Part shown: positions 1-12,300 of the stretch, piece by piece
Layout of the letters: every line of letters starts with the position of its first letter
How positions within the stretch are numbered: position 1 is the stretch's first letter
NCBI GenBank assembly: GCA_002189035.1
Contig: NEEC01000024.1
Span: 124,001 to 188,000, forward strand
Reading direction: 5' to 3'
DNA from: Utricularia gibba
Taxonomy: Eukaryota > Plantae > Magnoliophyta
Length of the DNA stretch: 64,000 nucleotides
Translations under genes and position numbers: made by a program
Notes under the pieces: model-generated
What the model was told of the DNA's origin: nothing
Database searches by the model: none
What the model saw: only the letters and a program-made list of their open reading frames with translations

Positions 1-1881
1 CTTTCTTCTTCACAAATAGTACGGGGGCTCCCAGGGTGACACACTCGGCCTGATGAACCCTTTCTCTAGGAGGTTTTCTAGTTGTACCTTTAGTTCTTTC
101 ATTTCCGAGGGCGACATCCGATATGGTGCCTTGGTGATAGGCTCCGTCCCTTCCAGCAACCTGATCTCTAACTCTATTTCTCTATCCGGCATGTGTCCGG
201 GAAGTTCTTCAGGAAACACGTCACTGAACTCCTACAGCAAAGCCTCGACCTCACCCACCCCCGGGGTTTCCTTGGCGGCCATGTGGGCGAGAACATAGAA
301 TACCGCGTGCTCGCACGCCTCCTTCTTCTTGTGCGCGCATGTTCCGCTCCGCGCTGAGAATTCCCACCAATCCCCATTATGTCCACGAAGCTCTATACTT
401 CTTTCAGCACAACTGATTCGTGCCCCATACTTCCCCAGCCACCTCAGTCCCAGAATCACATCGAATTCACCGACCTGTACCTCAATGAAGTCTGCCTCGC
501 TGGTCATTTCCCCAAGTCTGAAACTTACCGCCCTATGTACTCTACAGCACATAAGACACCCACCTCCAGCTACCTCAACCCTTAGTCCCTGGCGGAGTTC
601 TTCTCCTAACCTGCCTAGTCTCCTAACACACGTTCTCGACACAAAGCAATGCGTAGCTCCACAATCAAACAAAGCAGACACGTTCAAGTTGTCGAGAAGG
701 AGTGTACCCGTGATGGTGCCACTGTCTTCTTCGGTGTTGGCCTTAGTGAGGTGAAAGATTCTTGCTCCAGCACGTCCCGTGGTCGCCCGTGTGGCATTGG
801 TGACAGCCCCTAGGTTCGCGTTCAGCTTCCTTGGCTTCGGGCACTCCCGCGCCATGTGCCCTGCCTCACCACAGTTGTAGCACACTCGAGTTGTCAAGTA
901 GCACGTACCCGTGTGTCTCCTACCACAAGTGGGGCAGAGGGGGCGTTCCCAATTAGTGGCTTCGTTCCTTCCCCCTCGGTTCACCACCGCAGCACCCTTT
1001 CTATCACCAAATGCTGTCCTCTTGACGCTCGCTTTGTCCTGTTCACGTAGTTCCGTTTCCACCATTACCGCAGCAGCTAGTAGGACGGTGAGATGTGTTG
1101 CAGGATACGGGGCAGCAATGCTTGGCGAAATTGTGTTATTTTCAGCCCTTCGTTGGTAGTGACTCCTAATAAAAACTGAGACAACTTCTGGAATCACGTG
1201 TGCAACTCTTGTACGCTCTCGTTGACCTCTTGAGTGAGGGTCACGAATTCGTTCATCTTCTGTGTTTTCACCACCTCTGGGTAGTAACGATCTAGGAACT
1301 CCTTTTGGAAGTCCTCCCATTAAGTTTCCCCTTCCAAGCCATTCATGCTAGTCCATCACTGCGCAGCATCACCCACCAGAAAATATTCAGCGACGGTGAC
1401 ACGGATGCTGGTTGGTGTTTCGTACAGTCTCATGTTCTGTGTCAGTTCCAACAGCTAGGCTTCCGCCTCGTCAGGTGTCCCTCCACCAAAGGTTGGCATG
1501 CGGGCTTTCTTTAGTCTTTCATACTGAGCACGCACCTGTTCTCCCAAGGACACAGATTGGTTCTCCTGATTGCCCCCACTCCCTTCGCCATTCCCACGGG
1601 CAGCATCTGCCACTGTGTTGGCCAATTGTTCAGCAGTGAAAGTATCCGCGGCCTAAGGGCGGGGTACATTCCTACGCGGAGCCCTAGTAGGAACGTTCGC
1701 TGGTACTTCTTCGTTACCTTCAGTCCTTGCTGCAATAGCTCTCGATCTAGTCCTCATCCCTATCCTGTCACGGCACACCTTTGGTTAACACACTCATAAA
1801 CCATCTTGGAGTACCTGGCAGCGGCGGGGCAGCGAGGGGACCGGGTTTCCTATCCCTGTTCCCAACCCCAAAACTCAACCT

Positions 1882-1894
1882 GGCTCTGATACCA
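1882..1894 (-). promoter_or_regulatory. Primer binding site (tRNA-iMet)
   Basis: Minus strand reads ...GGGTTGTTACA-AA-TGGTATCAGAGCC, an LTR end followed by the canonical Met PBS. Confidence 0.9.
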
Positions 1895-1896
1895 TT

Positions 1897-2322
1897 TGTA
1901 ACAACCCACGACCTGCACCCTAGACGCTAAGGCCATTACCGACACCTAACTCTCCGCGCTGGTGTCCCAATCATCATGAGGGTGGGTTAGGAACGTGGTT
2001 AAGGGTGCATTCCTCCTTCGCCACACCGCCATTCCTGGCACCTGGCGATCCCTGGCGGCATCCCTCGCCAGATCCCTTCGCCAAGACTCTCAAAACAGTA
2101 CAAGTAATGAAACAATGATTTTATTAAGCCACGAGGATCCAAGTTCCACACAAGGCAGCAAGCCTAGGCGCACGGCGCCACACCGCAAGGAAAAACGAGC
2201 ACAACCAGCAAGGAAATAACACTAAGTCACAAAAGGGAAAATAAGACAGCAAGCCTCGCCACTCCTCATCCGCCTATGCTACGCTCGCCTCGCCATCAGC
2301 CACGCCACCTACATAGGAAAGA
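1897..2322 (-). repeat. Partial 5' LTR (3' portion) of the Tekay-like element
   Basis: Ends in TGTTACA next to the PBS. 2161-2322 is homologous (about 80% by eye) to the reverse complement of ~6345-6540. It is truncated by a junction to copia RT. Confidence 0.8.
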
Positions 2323-3288
2323 GTAAATCCTATTGGATGGAAATGGGTATTCAAAAGGAAAACTGACATGGATGGAAATATATCTACCTATAAGGCACAA
2401 CTTGTGGCAAAAGGATATCGTCAGAAACAAAGTGTTGATTCTGATGTAACCTTGTTGCCTATGGCTATGCTGAAGTCCATTCGATTTTGCTTGCCATTGC
2501 TGCTCATTTTGATTATGAGATGTGGCAGATGGATATGAGAGGAAGTGTACATGACACAATCTGAAGGTTTTACACAAGATCCTAGAAAGGGAACAGATGG
2601 CTCGAATCCCATATGCTTCTGCTATTGGGTCAATAATGTACGCCATGCTGTGTACTAGACCAGATGTGTCATATGCTTTAAGTGTTACAAGCAGATATCA
2701 GTCGAACCCTGGAATGGATCATTGGACCGCAATCAAGAGCATTCTTAAGTACTTGAGAAGGACTAAAGACATGTTCTTGATATACGATGGTAAAGGTCTC
2801 CAAGTGGAAGGATATGCTGATGCAAGTTTCCAGTCTGATCATGACAACTTGAAGTCTCAATCAGGATACATATTCACCCTAAATGGAGGCGCAGTCACTT
2901 GGAAGAGTTCTAAGCAAGAAACGACTGCTGATTCAACAATGGAAGCAGAGTACATTGCTGCCAGCGATGCTGCAAAAGAAGCTGTTTGGATTAAGAAGTT
3001 TATCAGCGATCTAGGAGTACTCCCAAATGTTGAGGATCCTATACTCCTACATTGCTATAACACTGGGGCCATTGCAAATGCTAAGGCACCTCGATCACAT
3101 CAGAAATCCAAACACGTGCTTTGACGGTACCATGTGATCAGAGAGATCATTGGTAGAGGCGATGTCAGAATTGAGAAAGTGGACACAAAGGAGAACGTAG
3201 CAGATCCACTTACAAAGATGCTTCCATAGAAGGTCCATGAGACGCACATCGAGTCCATTGGTATGAGATACATCAATGATTGGCTCTA
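2323..3288 (+). pseudogene. Ty1/copia (Angela-like) RT-RNase H remnant with internal deletions
   Basis: Motifs PIGWKWVFKRK..YKA.LVAKGYRQ, IPYASAIGSIMYAMLCTRPDV, YADASFQSDHD..KSQSGYIF and MEAEYIAASDAAKEAVW. Most of the RT core between YMTQSEGF and MARIPYAS is missing. Confidence 0.9.
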
Positions 3289-3303
3289 GTACAAGTGGGA
3301 GAT

Positions 3304-4740
3304 TGTTAGTGTATGTGTTCTAGAGACAATCAACTCATTGGCAAATCTTATCTTATGGTATTTACTTTGAATTGTGATCAAATTTATATCATTGATAAAA
3401 TCCTCTACTTGATCTATGTGCTATAGAAATTATGATGAGATCATAATGTGAGATTCTTCAAGCACTCATGATCAAGTTAAAAACTCCCTAGCTAGAGTAT
3501 TTGTGAAATGAGGATATCACAAATACGGATAAGCTGGCACACATTGAGTTCCCTAAATTGTTTAGGCAATGGTTCTCACAATTGATGTAATGAGATTACT
3601 AGAACCTATGTGTGGGTGTCGATTAGAGAATTGATCCACTGGATGACTCATCTTCGAGATGCTACTATGGGAAGCTAACCAAGTGTCAGTAGCAAGATCT
3701 TGAATATGACAGCCGTGCAATGAAGCTTAGATTTGAGGTCAACAAAGTTATCTTGATCTTAAACTCACATTTTCGCTCATTACTAATGGGAGTCTAACCA
3801 TGGCTTGCCTAGTATGGATGAGTAGGGATGTGACTCCTTAAGGTTGGAGATAGTTGATTGATCAATAAAGGATTCATCACTCATGTTAGCGATGAGATCA
3901 TATCTCAAGTAATTGTATCAAAGCCTAACAGTAAGTCCTGGGCCTAGGGTAATGACACTCGAATTATTTGAGTAGGTCATTGAGTGTTAGTGCTTGAATG
4001 CAATTATAAGTTCAATACATCAAAAAGACACACACCCATGTTCTAGTATCGAATGAGATATAAGTATGATGAAAGCTGTTCATTGCATGGTGGCTGGTCA
4101 TGGAAAGGCTTAATCAGTTCACCTGATTATTCTTTAATCTTGGGATCAGGATATGTTGCTAGACATCACTCATGAGCGATACTGATGGATTTGATTAATT
4201 AAGAATTAATTAATAAATCCATTATTACGGCCTTGATTGAGGAAGCCTATAGGGTCACACACAATAGTGGAGTCACTCATCGATATAAAATAGAATGACA
4301 CAATTACATGAGATGTAATTGGTAAGGTGGATAAATTAAATAGAGAGTTATTTTGAGATTAATATTGATTAAACTCAAAATAAAAGATCTCATATAGATA
4401 TGATTTGATATGTCACAAAATATCTATTAAGAAGATTTAGATCTTGAGATCTGCTCCAAAGTCTTCGTGCTCTCTGAGACTAATCCACAAGGAGGCGTTT
4501 TTCTCTACTAGCACCTGAGAAATTCGACCAGCATTCAAGAGCCTTGAGAAGGTTATCGACGGAGTGCTGCACGTGTGGATACCATAGAGGCCGTTTGCTA
4601 TTGGCGGTTCGTGAACAACGGAGTCATCTGAAAGGTAATTCAGAATCCCTTTGTCTAATGTATACCGTATTCCAAGATCTGCGTTGGGGGTTTTTCAAAA
4701 TTTTTAAAATTCCGTTGCTTTTGAGACATACGATGTCTAC
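3304..4740 (+). repeat. 3' LTR of the Angela-like copia (~1.4 kb)
   Basis: Starts TGTTAG right after the purine tract AAGTGGGAGAT that follows the RNase H stop. The 3' end is approximate because no clean CA terminus is visible. Confidence 0.75.
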
Positions 4741-4904
4741 GGGGGCTTGCTTGCGGTGCTGTTGCGTATGCACACGGGCCAGGCTCGAGCGCAAAGTCGG
4801 TTTTAGCTCGGCGAAAAAAGTGATGCATTTCTTATAGTTGGGTTTTCATGAGCCGCGTAAAATTGTTTTTGATTAAACGACTTCTAGATTTTGGGCGCTC
4901 TCAA

Positions 4905-5450
4905 GGTGCACTTGGTCCGAGCCCCGAGTTCGGTGTGGCTCATGAGCCCAGTCGGGTCCGACTCGACGAAAATGATGATGCATTTGTAGAAATTAGGATG
5001 TCACGTGCACCCCACATTACAAGAAAAATATTATTATAATCATATGATATATGTTTATTAAAATATAAATAATGTAAATATGTTATTCATTAACCCATAT
5101 AATAAATACGAAAGTTTCTTAGTTTTTAATTTTATTAGCATTCGATGCTTAGTTATACATTGGACGGAGGGTATATTTTTATTTTCATCATTTTAATTAG
5201 CATTCGATCCTTGGTAGTGATTCGAATCGAGTGTATGCTTTTTATTTAATTATTTTTATTGCCCCTCGATCCTTATGCATGATTCGAATCGAACGTGTAT
5301 CTTTTCTTTTAATATTTTATGCGCAATCGATCCTTAAGAATGATTTGGATCGACTGGATATATATTTATTTTTCATTTATACTGCCGCTCGACCCTTAGG
5401 AGTCATTTGGATTGAGATCACAAGGGCACAAGGGCATGGTTTACGCATAA
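4905..5450. repeat. Left arm of a long inverted repeat
   Basis: 4905-5015 matches the reverse complement of ~7254-7352, and 5041-5450 matches the reverse complement of ~6540-6955. Confidence 0.9.
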
Positions 5451-5594
5451 CCCATGCTCGTGTGGCGTTGGCATGCTGCTGCGTACGCGCACGGGCATGG
5501 TTTACGCGTAACCCATGCCCGTGTAGCGTTGTTATGCGGCTGCGTATGCACATGGGCGTGGTTTACCCATAACCCACGCCCGTGTGGCGTTGTT
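5432..5594. repeat. 61-bp GC-rich tandem repeat (~2.7 units), each unit with an internal hairpin
   Basis: GGGC(A/G)TGGTTTAC at 5432, 5493 and 5554. Each unit contains GGGCATGG...CCATGC(C/T)C. Confidence 0.85.
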
Positions 5595-6540
5595 GTAACA
5601 CCCCCGACCCAGGTCTCAGAACAGTAGCTTGGATGTGGTCACAGTAAAGGGTCAAGAGACTGACATTAAGAAGGTGAGGGTACTAGTGAACCAACCCTTA
5701 GGGGTTCGGGTAGGCCCGACGGACTTAGGACGGACCCGATAAGGGGCAGTTGCGAGTATAAATAGAGGGACTGGAACCCTGGGTTGAGGGGAACCAGCTA
5801 GGAGCGACGGCAGCAACAGGAGGAGGAAAAAAACCGCGCAAAGGTAAGGGCTTTATGGTTGAATTGCGCTGCGGGACAGACTGGTGGTAGCTAACTTCTT
5901 GTGTGGAGATATGGTCCTTAAACCTTAAGTCCTCGCTGTGTGATCGAGGCACCTCGCTGTGTGATCGAGGTGTTGTGAGCTACTGTGGGATTGGGGAGTG
6001 CACCCCCAATGGCAACGCGACGAGGCCGTGGGTGGTGATGCCACGCGAGCAATAAACGGGGCCATCGAACTACGGTCATGGAGGCAACGCTGAGCACTTG
6101 TGCTCAGTGGGAGAGGTGCCAAACGTGTAGGATTCTGATTGGAAAGGTGTTCGGATTGATTACGAGAACATCGGAGATGCCTAGGATGGGCAGCGAGCCG
6201 ATACGAGAAGTTACGGAGATGCCTCGCGGGGGCAGCGTGTGCGAACAGCAGTGATGATTCGTGTGGATGGGAAACTTCGTGAATATTTGTAGTTTAGGCT
6301 TAGGGAGGGAGCCGTGTGGCATAGGACTGACTTCCCTTATTCTTTCCTGTGTAGGTGGCGTGGCTGATGGCGAGGCGGGTGCAGCGGAGGTGGATGTTGA
6401 GTGAGGCGTGATCACTAGGATGTGTGGTGGATGGCTGTGTGGCGAGACTTGCTGTCTTACTTCTTTCTTCGTGACTTAGTTCCATTTCCTTGTTGGTTTG
6501 TGTTTGTTTTTCCCTTATGTTGTGGCGCCGTGCGCGTAGG
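5595..6540 (+). repeat. Tekay-like LTR fragment (5' ~950 bp)
   Basis: Begins TGTAACACCCC, a typical Del/Tekay terminus. It contains TATAAATAG near 5757, and its distal part is homologous to the LTR at 2161-2322. Confidence 0.75.
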
Positions 6541-6959
6541 TTTATGCATAAACCATGCTCGTGTGCCCTTGTGATGTCCACTCGATCCAAATGACTCGTA
6601 AGGGTCGAGCGTCAGTATAACTTAAAGATAAATATATATCCTGTCTAACCGAATCGTTCCTAAGGATTGATTCCTTATAAAAATATAAAAATAAAAGATA
6701 CACGCTCGATTCGAATCATACCTAACGATCAAGTGCAAATAAAAATATTAAAATAAAAAACATGCATTCGATTGAAATCACTCCCAAGGATCGAATGCTA
6801 ATTAAAATGATTAAAATAAAAATACACACTTCATCCAAATAATAACTAAGCATCTAATGCTAATAAAATTAAAAACTAAGAAACTTTCGTATTTATTATA
6901 TGGGTTAATGAATAACATATTTACATTATTTATATTTTAATAAAAATATATCATATTAG

Positions 6960-7045
<86 letters not shown>

Positions 7046-7352
7046 ATTGTTGCATCTAGCATGTTCTCGCATGCTTGAAAAAATAAATATGATTTATTAA
7101 AATGCTGATAATAATCTTAAGTTCACTTTTCAACCTCATGTTCTCGCATGTTTAAAAATAACAAAGGTTCAATCTTGGATATGATAGTTAATAGAAACAC
7201 AAAAAACGAATGCCTTTCTATTCATATACTCATTCCCCCATGCTCGCTCAACAAATGTGGGGTGCACGTGACATCCTAATTTCAACAAACACATCAGCAT
7301 TTTCGTCGAGTCGGACCCAAGTGGGCTCATGAGCCAGACCGAACCTGGGGCC
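6540..7352. repeat. Right arm of the long inverted repeat (longer version, includes a (TA)n and ~200 bp absent from the left arm)
   Basis: Reverse complement of 4905-5450, with extra sequence at ~6955-7250. Confidence 0.9.
6965..7042. repeat. (TA)n microsatellite, ~78 bp
   Basis: Directly visible perfect AT dinucleotide run. Confidence 0.99.
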
Positions 7353-7412
7353 TGGGCCAAGTATATGTTACTTGTTGTAAGTGTCTGAGAAATGCTATCG
7401 TGAGTGTTGAAT

Positions 7413-7816
7413 TTTGTTTTGGCAGGTATGGCCATATGACACAGTCTGAAAAGCGGCCAAATTACAGCATAACAAGCGGCCGATATCTGAAAAGCGAGAT
7501 CGTATAGCAAGAGTAGAAAGCAACCGATATTTGCAGACAACAGAATTCGGTCAGAGTGAGCTCTCCTATAAATAGGAGGAATTATGATGAAAGGGTGGTT
7601 GGACTAAAAAAATTTCTTCAAGTTGTATTATCCTTTTTCGCGACCTCCATCTAGTGAAACTCTTTTCCGGCGAGCTCCGGCAGCTCCGTGGTTTTTCCGC
7701 TTTCTGGCGGTTTCCACGTAAAAAATCCTTGCTCACTCTTATTTTAATCACACCAACCGTGAAGAACGTGACTAAGTGTGGCATTCCCGACCGCGCCTAT
7801 CACCTAAAATCGGCCT
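7413..7816 (+). repeat. Partial 5' LTR of Tat copy B
   Basis: Near-identical to ~15930-16317, with CTATAAATAG at 7566. It runs straight into gag with no PBS. Confidence 0.9.
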
Positions 7817-7817
7817 T

Positions 7818-9300
7818 ATGATCACTAGCAGGGAGCAACTGAAGGCCCTGCTAACGAAAATCCTTGCCGACCTCCGGGCACCTTCAGGTCTCAACTCCAA
7901 CGCCCAGGAGAGAACACCTGAAACCGCACCACGAACGGAGAAGCAACCTCTTATTCCGGAGTACCCCCCAGATACGAAGACTGAATCCGAAACCGAGGAG
8001 GAGATGCTGCGGAGAAAGAGGCGCAACCAAGTCGTGTATGAGCTAGGAATTGATAGGGAAAACATGACTAGCAAAATCTTGGAAGAAAGAGAAGAAGAGT
8101 TGAAAAGAGAGTTAGACCAGATCCGCGAGAGGAAAAGATTTATCAACAAGCGAATGTTGACAGGAAGAAGAGAGGATAGAGGCTTCAGGGACGTTTTTGA
8201 TCAGAACGTATCCACTGGGAGAGGAGATGTTTTGGCCGATATTGCTTTGGCCTTGAAGAGTGGAGTTGAGGGAGCAGCTGGAACCACAACGCTGTGTTTT
8301 GACCCTTTCTCGGACGATTTAGTCGGAGAAGAGCCCGAGAGAGGATTCAGAGTCCCAGACGAATTACCCACGTATGACAGAAAAGGGGACCCCATATCGC
8401 ATGTAACCGACTTCAATATGAGGATGTCCACGGTTCGACATTCAGAGGCCATGAAGTGTAAGCTGTTTGCTTGCTCGCTCCAGAAAGGAGCGAAGACTTG
8501 GTTTAAACAGTTAGAACCATGTAGCGTGGCATCTTATTGGGAATTAGTACTGCTCTTCACTACCCGATACGTTGTTAACATTGAAGCTCCGCCTTCAAAG
8601 GCATCACTATACTCTATTCGTTAAGATCACCGAAAAGAGAGCTTGCGAAGATTCATCGATCGATTCAACTACTTGGCGCAGGATGTCCAATTGGATTTAA
8701 AAGAAAGGGTGGAAATAATGAAGCGGGCCTTAGGAACGTCGAAATTGGGACAGAGTCTATTGAAGTTCCCACCAAAGAATCTCGGAGAATTGTTAAGAAA
8801 AATCATGAAGTGCATCCGAGTGGACGACGAACTCAGGACCGAGATGAAAAGCCGCATGGAGATTCGTCTAGTCCCACAACAGGAGACCCAACTTAACCGG
8901 GGGCCAAGGCCGAATAAGCGTCGTAAAGTATATCAGGTGGAACCAACCAGAACAGATGCCTACTGCGAAATACACAAGACCACCGGGCATGATACTGCCC
9001 ACTGCCGACTGATGAAGAGGATGATCGAGCAATATCATGCTGGTGGGGGGATGAACAACGCGATGCGGAACCCCACATCAACGACGGACCGGAAAAGAGG
9101 ACGCAACAAGCGAACGGGGAATGAAGGGAACCTATACCCGAAATTCCCTCTGAAACCAGGGATGGTGAACTCGCGAGCCAATAGGGAACCGAATCTTGGA
9201 GGAGGAAAAGACATACCGGAAAGTTCACGGAGTGCCCATCAATATGATATCCGGGGGAACCGAGATGGATGTGTCCGAAAAGGAACAGAAGAGATATTTG
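7818..9300 (+). pseudogene. Tat gag (retrotransposon gag domain), interrupted by a stop near 8622
   Basis: PDELPTYDRKGDPISHVTDF...KCKLFACSLQKGAKTWFKQL..SVASYWELVLLFTTRY, plus a C-terminal CEIHKTTGHDTAHC motif. Confidence 0.85.
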
Positions 9301-12300
9301 GATGAAGCCAGAAGAGGAGAAGTTTTCGAAATCGGAAATGGTCCGACTGAGAAAGCTGCTTGGGAAAAGGAAGAGATCAGCTTTTCCGACAGAGACGTCC
9401 CGGTTGGCCGGCCACGAGAGATGAGCCCTTGGTGGTGTTAGGAATGTGTGGGAGCACCAAGGTAAGGAGGATTCTTATCGATCAAGGATCCTCGTGCAAT
9501 ATCATGAAGAAGGAAGTGGCCGAGTTACTGGCGTCATCTAACGAGGGAAATATTCACCATGTGCGCATGGAGTTGTACGCATTCGACTAGCGGGCTGTGC
9601 AAACTATCGGGAAAATAACCCTGCCCGTAACATTCGGAGCGGCAGGGCGAAGCTGAATCGAGAGGTTGGAATTCTTAATCCTGGATTCAGAGATCTCGTA
9701 CAACATCATCCTCGGGCGACCCGGCATCAACCAATTCGGTATGTTACCCTCCACTGTGCATTTGAAAATCAAATTCCAAACATCGAAGGGCATTTGCACG
9801 ATGGGTATCGACCAACCAACCACCCGGTCCTGTTATGTATCTTCCTGTTGGGACCTCTGCACGAAAAAGTCGAGAGTGATGATGGTAGAAAAGGAACCCC
9901 GAGAACCCCCTAGACAAGCAATGGAACCAGTAGGGTACAAGTTGATGCAACTATTACCAGAAGATGCGCAGAAAGCCACCCGCATCAGTGCCAATCTAGA
10001 CGCTGGATTCGAGAAAAGGTTAGTTGAACTTTTGATGAAGAACACCGACATTTTTGCCTAGACTGCTGCGGATTTTGTAGGCATTGATCGATCCGTCGCC
10101 GAACATCACATTGATACCTACCCGGGGGCAAAAGCGGTTCGGCAGAAGCAACGACATTTCTCAGAGGAAAAGTGCCGAATTATCAAAGAAAAAACAAGAG
10201 AGCTCTTGGAAGCTGGTTATGTGAAGGAGATCCAATACTCCGAATGGGTAGCCAACCCGGTCGTCGTCCCGAAGCCCGGGGGAAAATGGAGGATGTGCAT
10301 TGACTTCACTGACCTCAACGCCTGCTGCGAAAGGGACCCTTATCCTTTGCCAAAGATCGACAAGCTAGTGGACGCCATTGCCGGATCCCGATTCCTGAGC
10401 ACCATGGATGCCTATTCGGGATACCATCAAATTTTCGTTGCCGAGAGAGACCAACCGAAAACCACCTTCTACACCAAGGATGGGGTTTACTGCTACGTGG
10501 CAATGCCTTTCGGATTGAAGAATGCTGAGGCGACTTACCAGAGGTTGGTAAATAAAATATTCTCTTCTGAAATCAGTACCTCAATGGAGGTGTATGTGGA
10601 CGATATGATCGTGAAATCTATGAATGAAGAAGACCATTTAGCGTATTTGGATTCGTGTTTCTCTTTATGTTGGTCATACGGGTTAAAGCTCAACCCATTG
10701 AAATGTTACTTCGGGGTGCAAAGTGGAAAATTCCTTGGGTATTACGTATCGAAGAGAGGAATCGAGGCTGACCCCGAGAAGATTAAGGCAATATGCAAAA
10801 TGCAACCCCCTAGGACAATCAAAGAGTACCAGAGCCTCACGGGTAAATTGGCTGCCCTAAGCCGTTTCATATCTCGGTCAGCCGATAAGTCGGCATCCTT
10901 CTTCAAGGTCTTGCGAAAGGGAAGCGCTTTAGAATGGAACGAGGATTGCCGGATAGCTTTTGTGAAACTCAAGGAATATCTCTCATCACCCCCGCTTCTT
11001 GTGGCTCCGAAAGCAGGGGAGCCCTTAGGACTATATCTGTCTATGTCGCCCGTTGCAGTCAGCGCAGTCTTGACAACCATCTCGGCAAATAATCACTTGC
11101 CGGTGTAATATGTAAGCAAGGTTTTGTTACCGGCCGAAACCTGCTATACGGTGACAGAAAAATTCATCTTGGCTCTGAAGATGGCAGCCACCAAATTGAG
11201 GTCATATTTCCAAGATCGGCACATTGTGGTATTCACCAATCAGCCTCTGAAGAACATCCTATCTCGTCCAGAGATTTCCGGAAGGGTTGCCAAATGGGCA
11301 GTTGAATTAAGTACAATGGATATTGAGTTTAAGTCGAGAACAGCAATCAAGGCCCAACCTCTTGCTGATTTTGTGGTCGAAATGACCAGGCCTATAGACA
11401 GTTTCATGGAAGCCAATGACCGATGGGCTATGTACGTGGATGGCTCAACATACAACGGCGCCGGAGGAGGGATAGACATTAGAACCCGAGAAGGAGAGCA
11501 TATTTATATTACGGTGAAATTCTTATTCCCTCCCTCCAACAATGTGGCCGAATATGAAGCCCTGATTGAGGGAATGAAAATTGCCAAGGAGCTGGGAGTG
11601 GCAGAACTCGATGTTTACACCGATTCACGACTTGTGCAAGGGTAGTTTTCGGGAGAATACGAAACCCATGACTCCCTCATGGCTCTATACCATGTCCAGG
11701 TGAAGGAATTGGCTAAAACCTTCAAGGAGTTCACCATGTCGCATGTAGCACGTGAGAAAAACGGGTCCGCGGATAGCCTCGCCCGATTCGCAGCGGGGTT
11801 TCAAGAGTTAAGGGAAGGAAGTGTGACAATTCGGTTGCGGAACCAACCTTCGGTGAGCTTACGAGCCGTGAATCATATCACCCAACAACCGGGAAACGAT
11901 ATCTCTTCACAACTGAGTCCCCTTGATGACTGGACGACCCCCTACATCCGGTATTTACAAAATGGGAAAACCCCATCTGATAAGCCACAAGCCCGACAGT
12001 TTGAGACTAGAGTGAAGAGTTATACGTTAGTGAATGGAATTCTCTATCGCAAATCCTTAGATGGACCCCTATTGAGGTGCATCGGGGCAAAGCATTCTCA
12101 AGAACTCATAACCGATCTACATGAGGGGGAATGCGGCAGCCATATTGGAATACGATCCTTATGTAGGAAAGTTTGAGAACCGGGTACTACTTGCCAACTA
12201 TGAAGCAGGATATTACCGAAATGGTGAAGAAGTGCAAAGTATGCCAATACCATGCAAATATACCGAGGAAACCAGTAAGTAACCTGACCTCTCTCCCACT

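Larger units (their letters stand above)
1..2322 (-). mobile_element. Ty3/gypsy chromovirus (Tekay/Del-like) LTR retrotransposon, 5' part: partial 5' LTR, PBS, decayed gag, protease, start of RT
   Basis: Minus-strand ORFs carry a CX2CX4HX4C knuckle (CYNCGEAGHMAREC), a protease (ALFDCGATHCFVS) and the RT lead-in ([33 protein letters not shown]). A gag motif (PTFGGGTPDEAEA*LLE...AQ*W) near 1380-1500 has stops. Confidence 0.9.

Noticed and set aside
5432-5594. CRISPR-like appearance of the hairpin repeats (also the 47-bp repeats at 38912)
   Set aside because: There are no unique spacers and no cas genes, and the context is eukaryotic. They are plain tandem repeats.
1897-6540. Idea that the two Tekay LTR pieces are halves of one inverted element
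   Set aside because: They overlap by ~170 bp, are only ~80% alike there, and have no matching TSD. They are better explained as separate copies.
7566-7784. Recurrent ORF MPHLVTFF... (also 16073-16354 and 42424-42834)
   Set aside because: It recurs only because it lies in the Tat LTR. Lengths and frames differ among copies and there is no coding signature.
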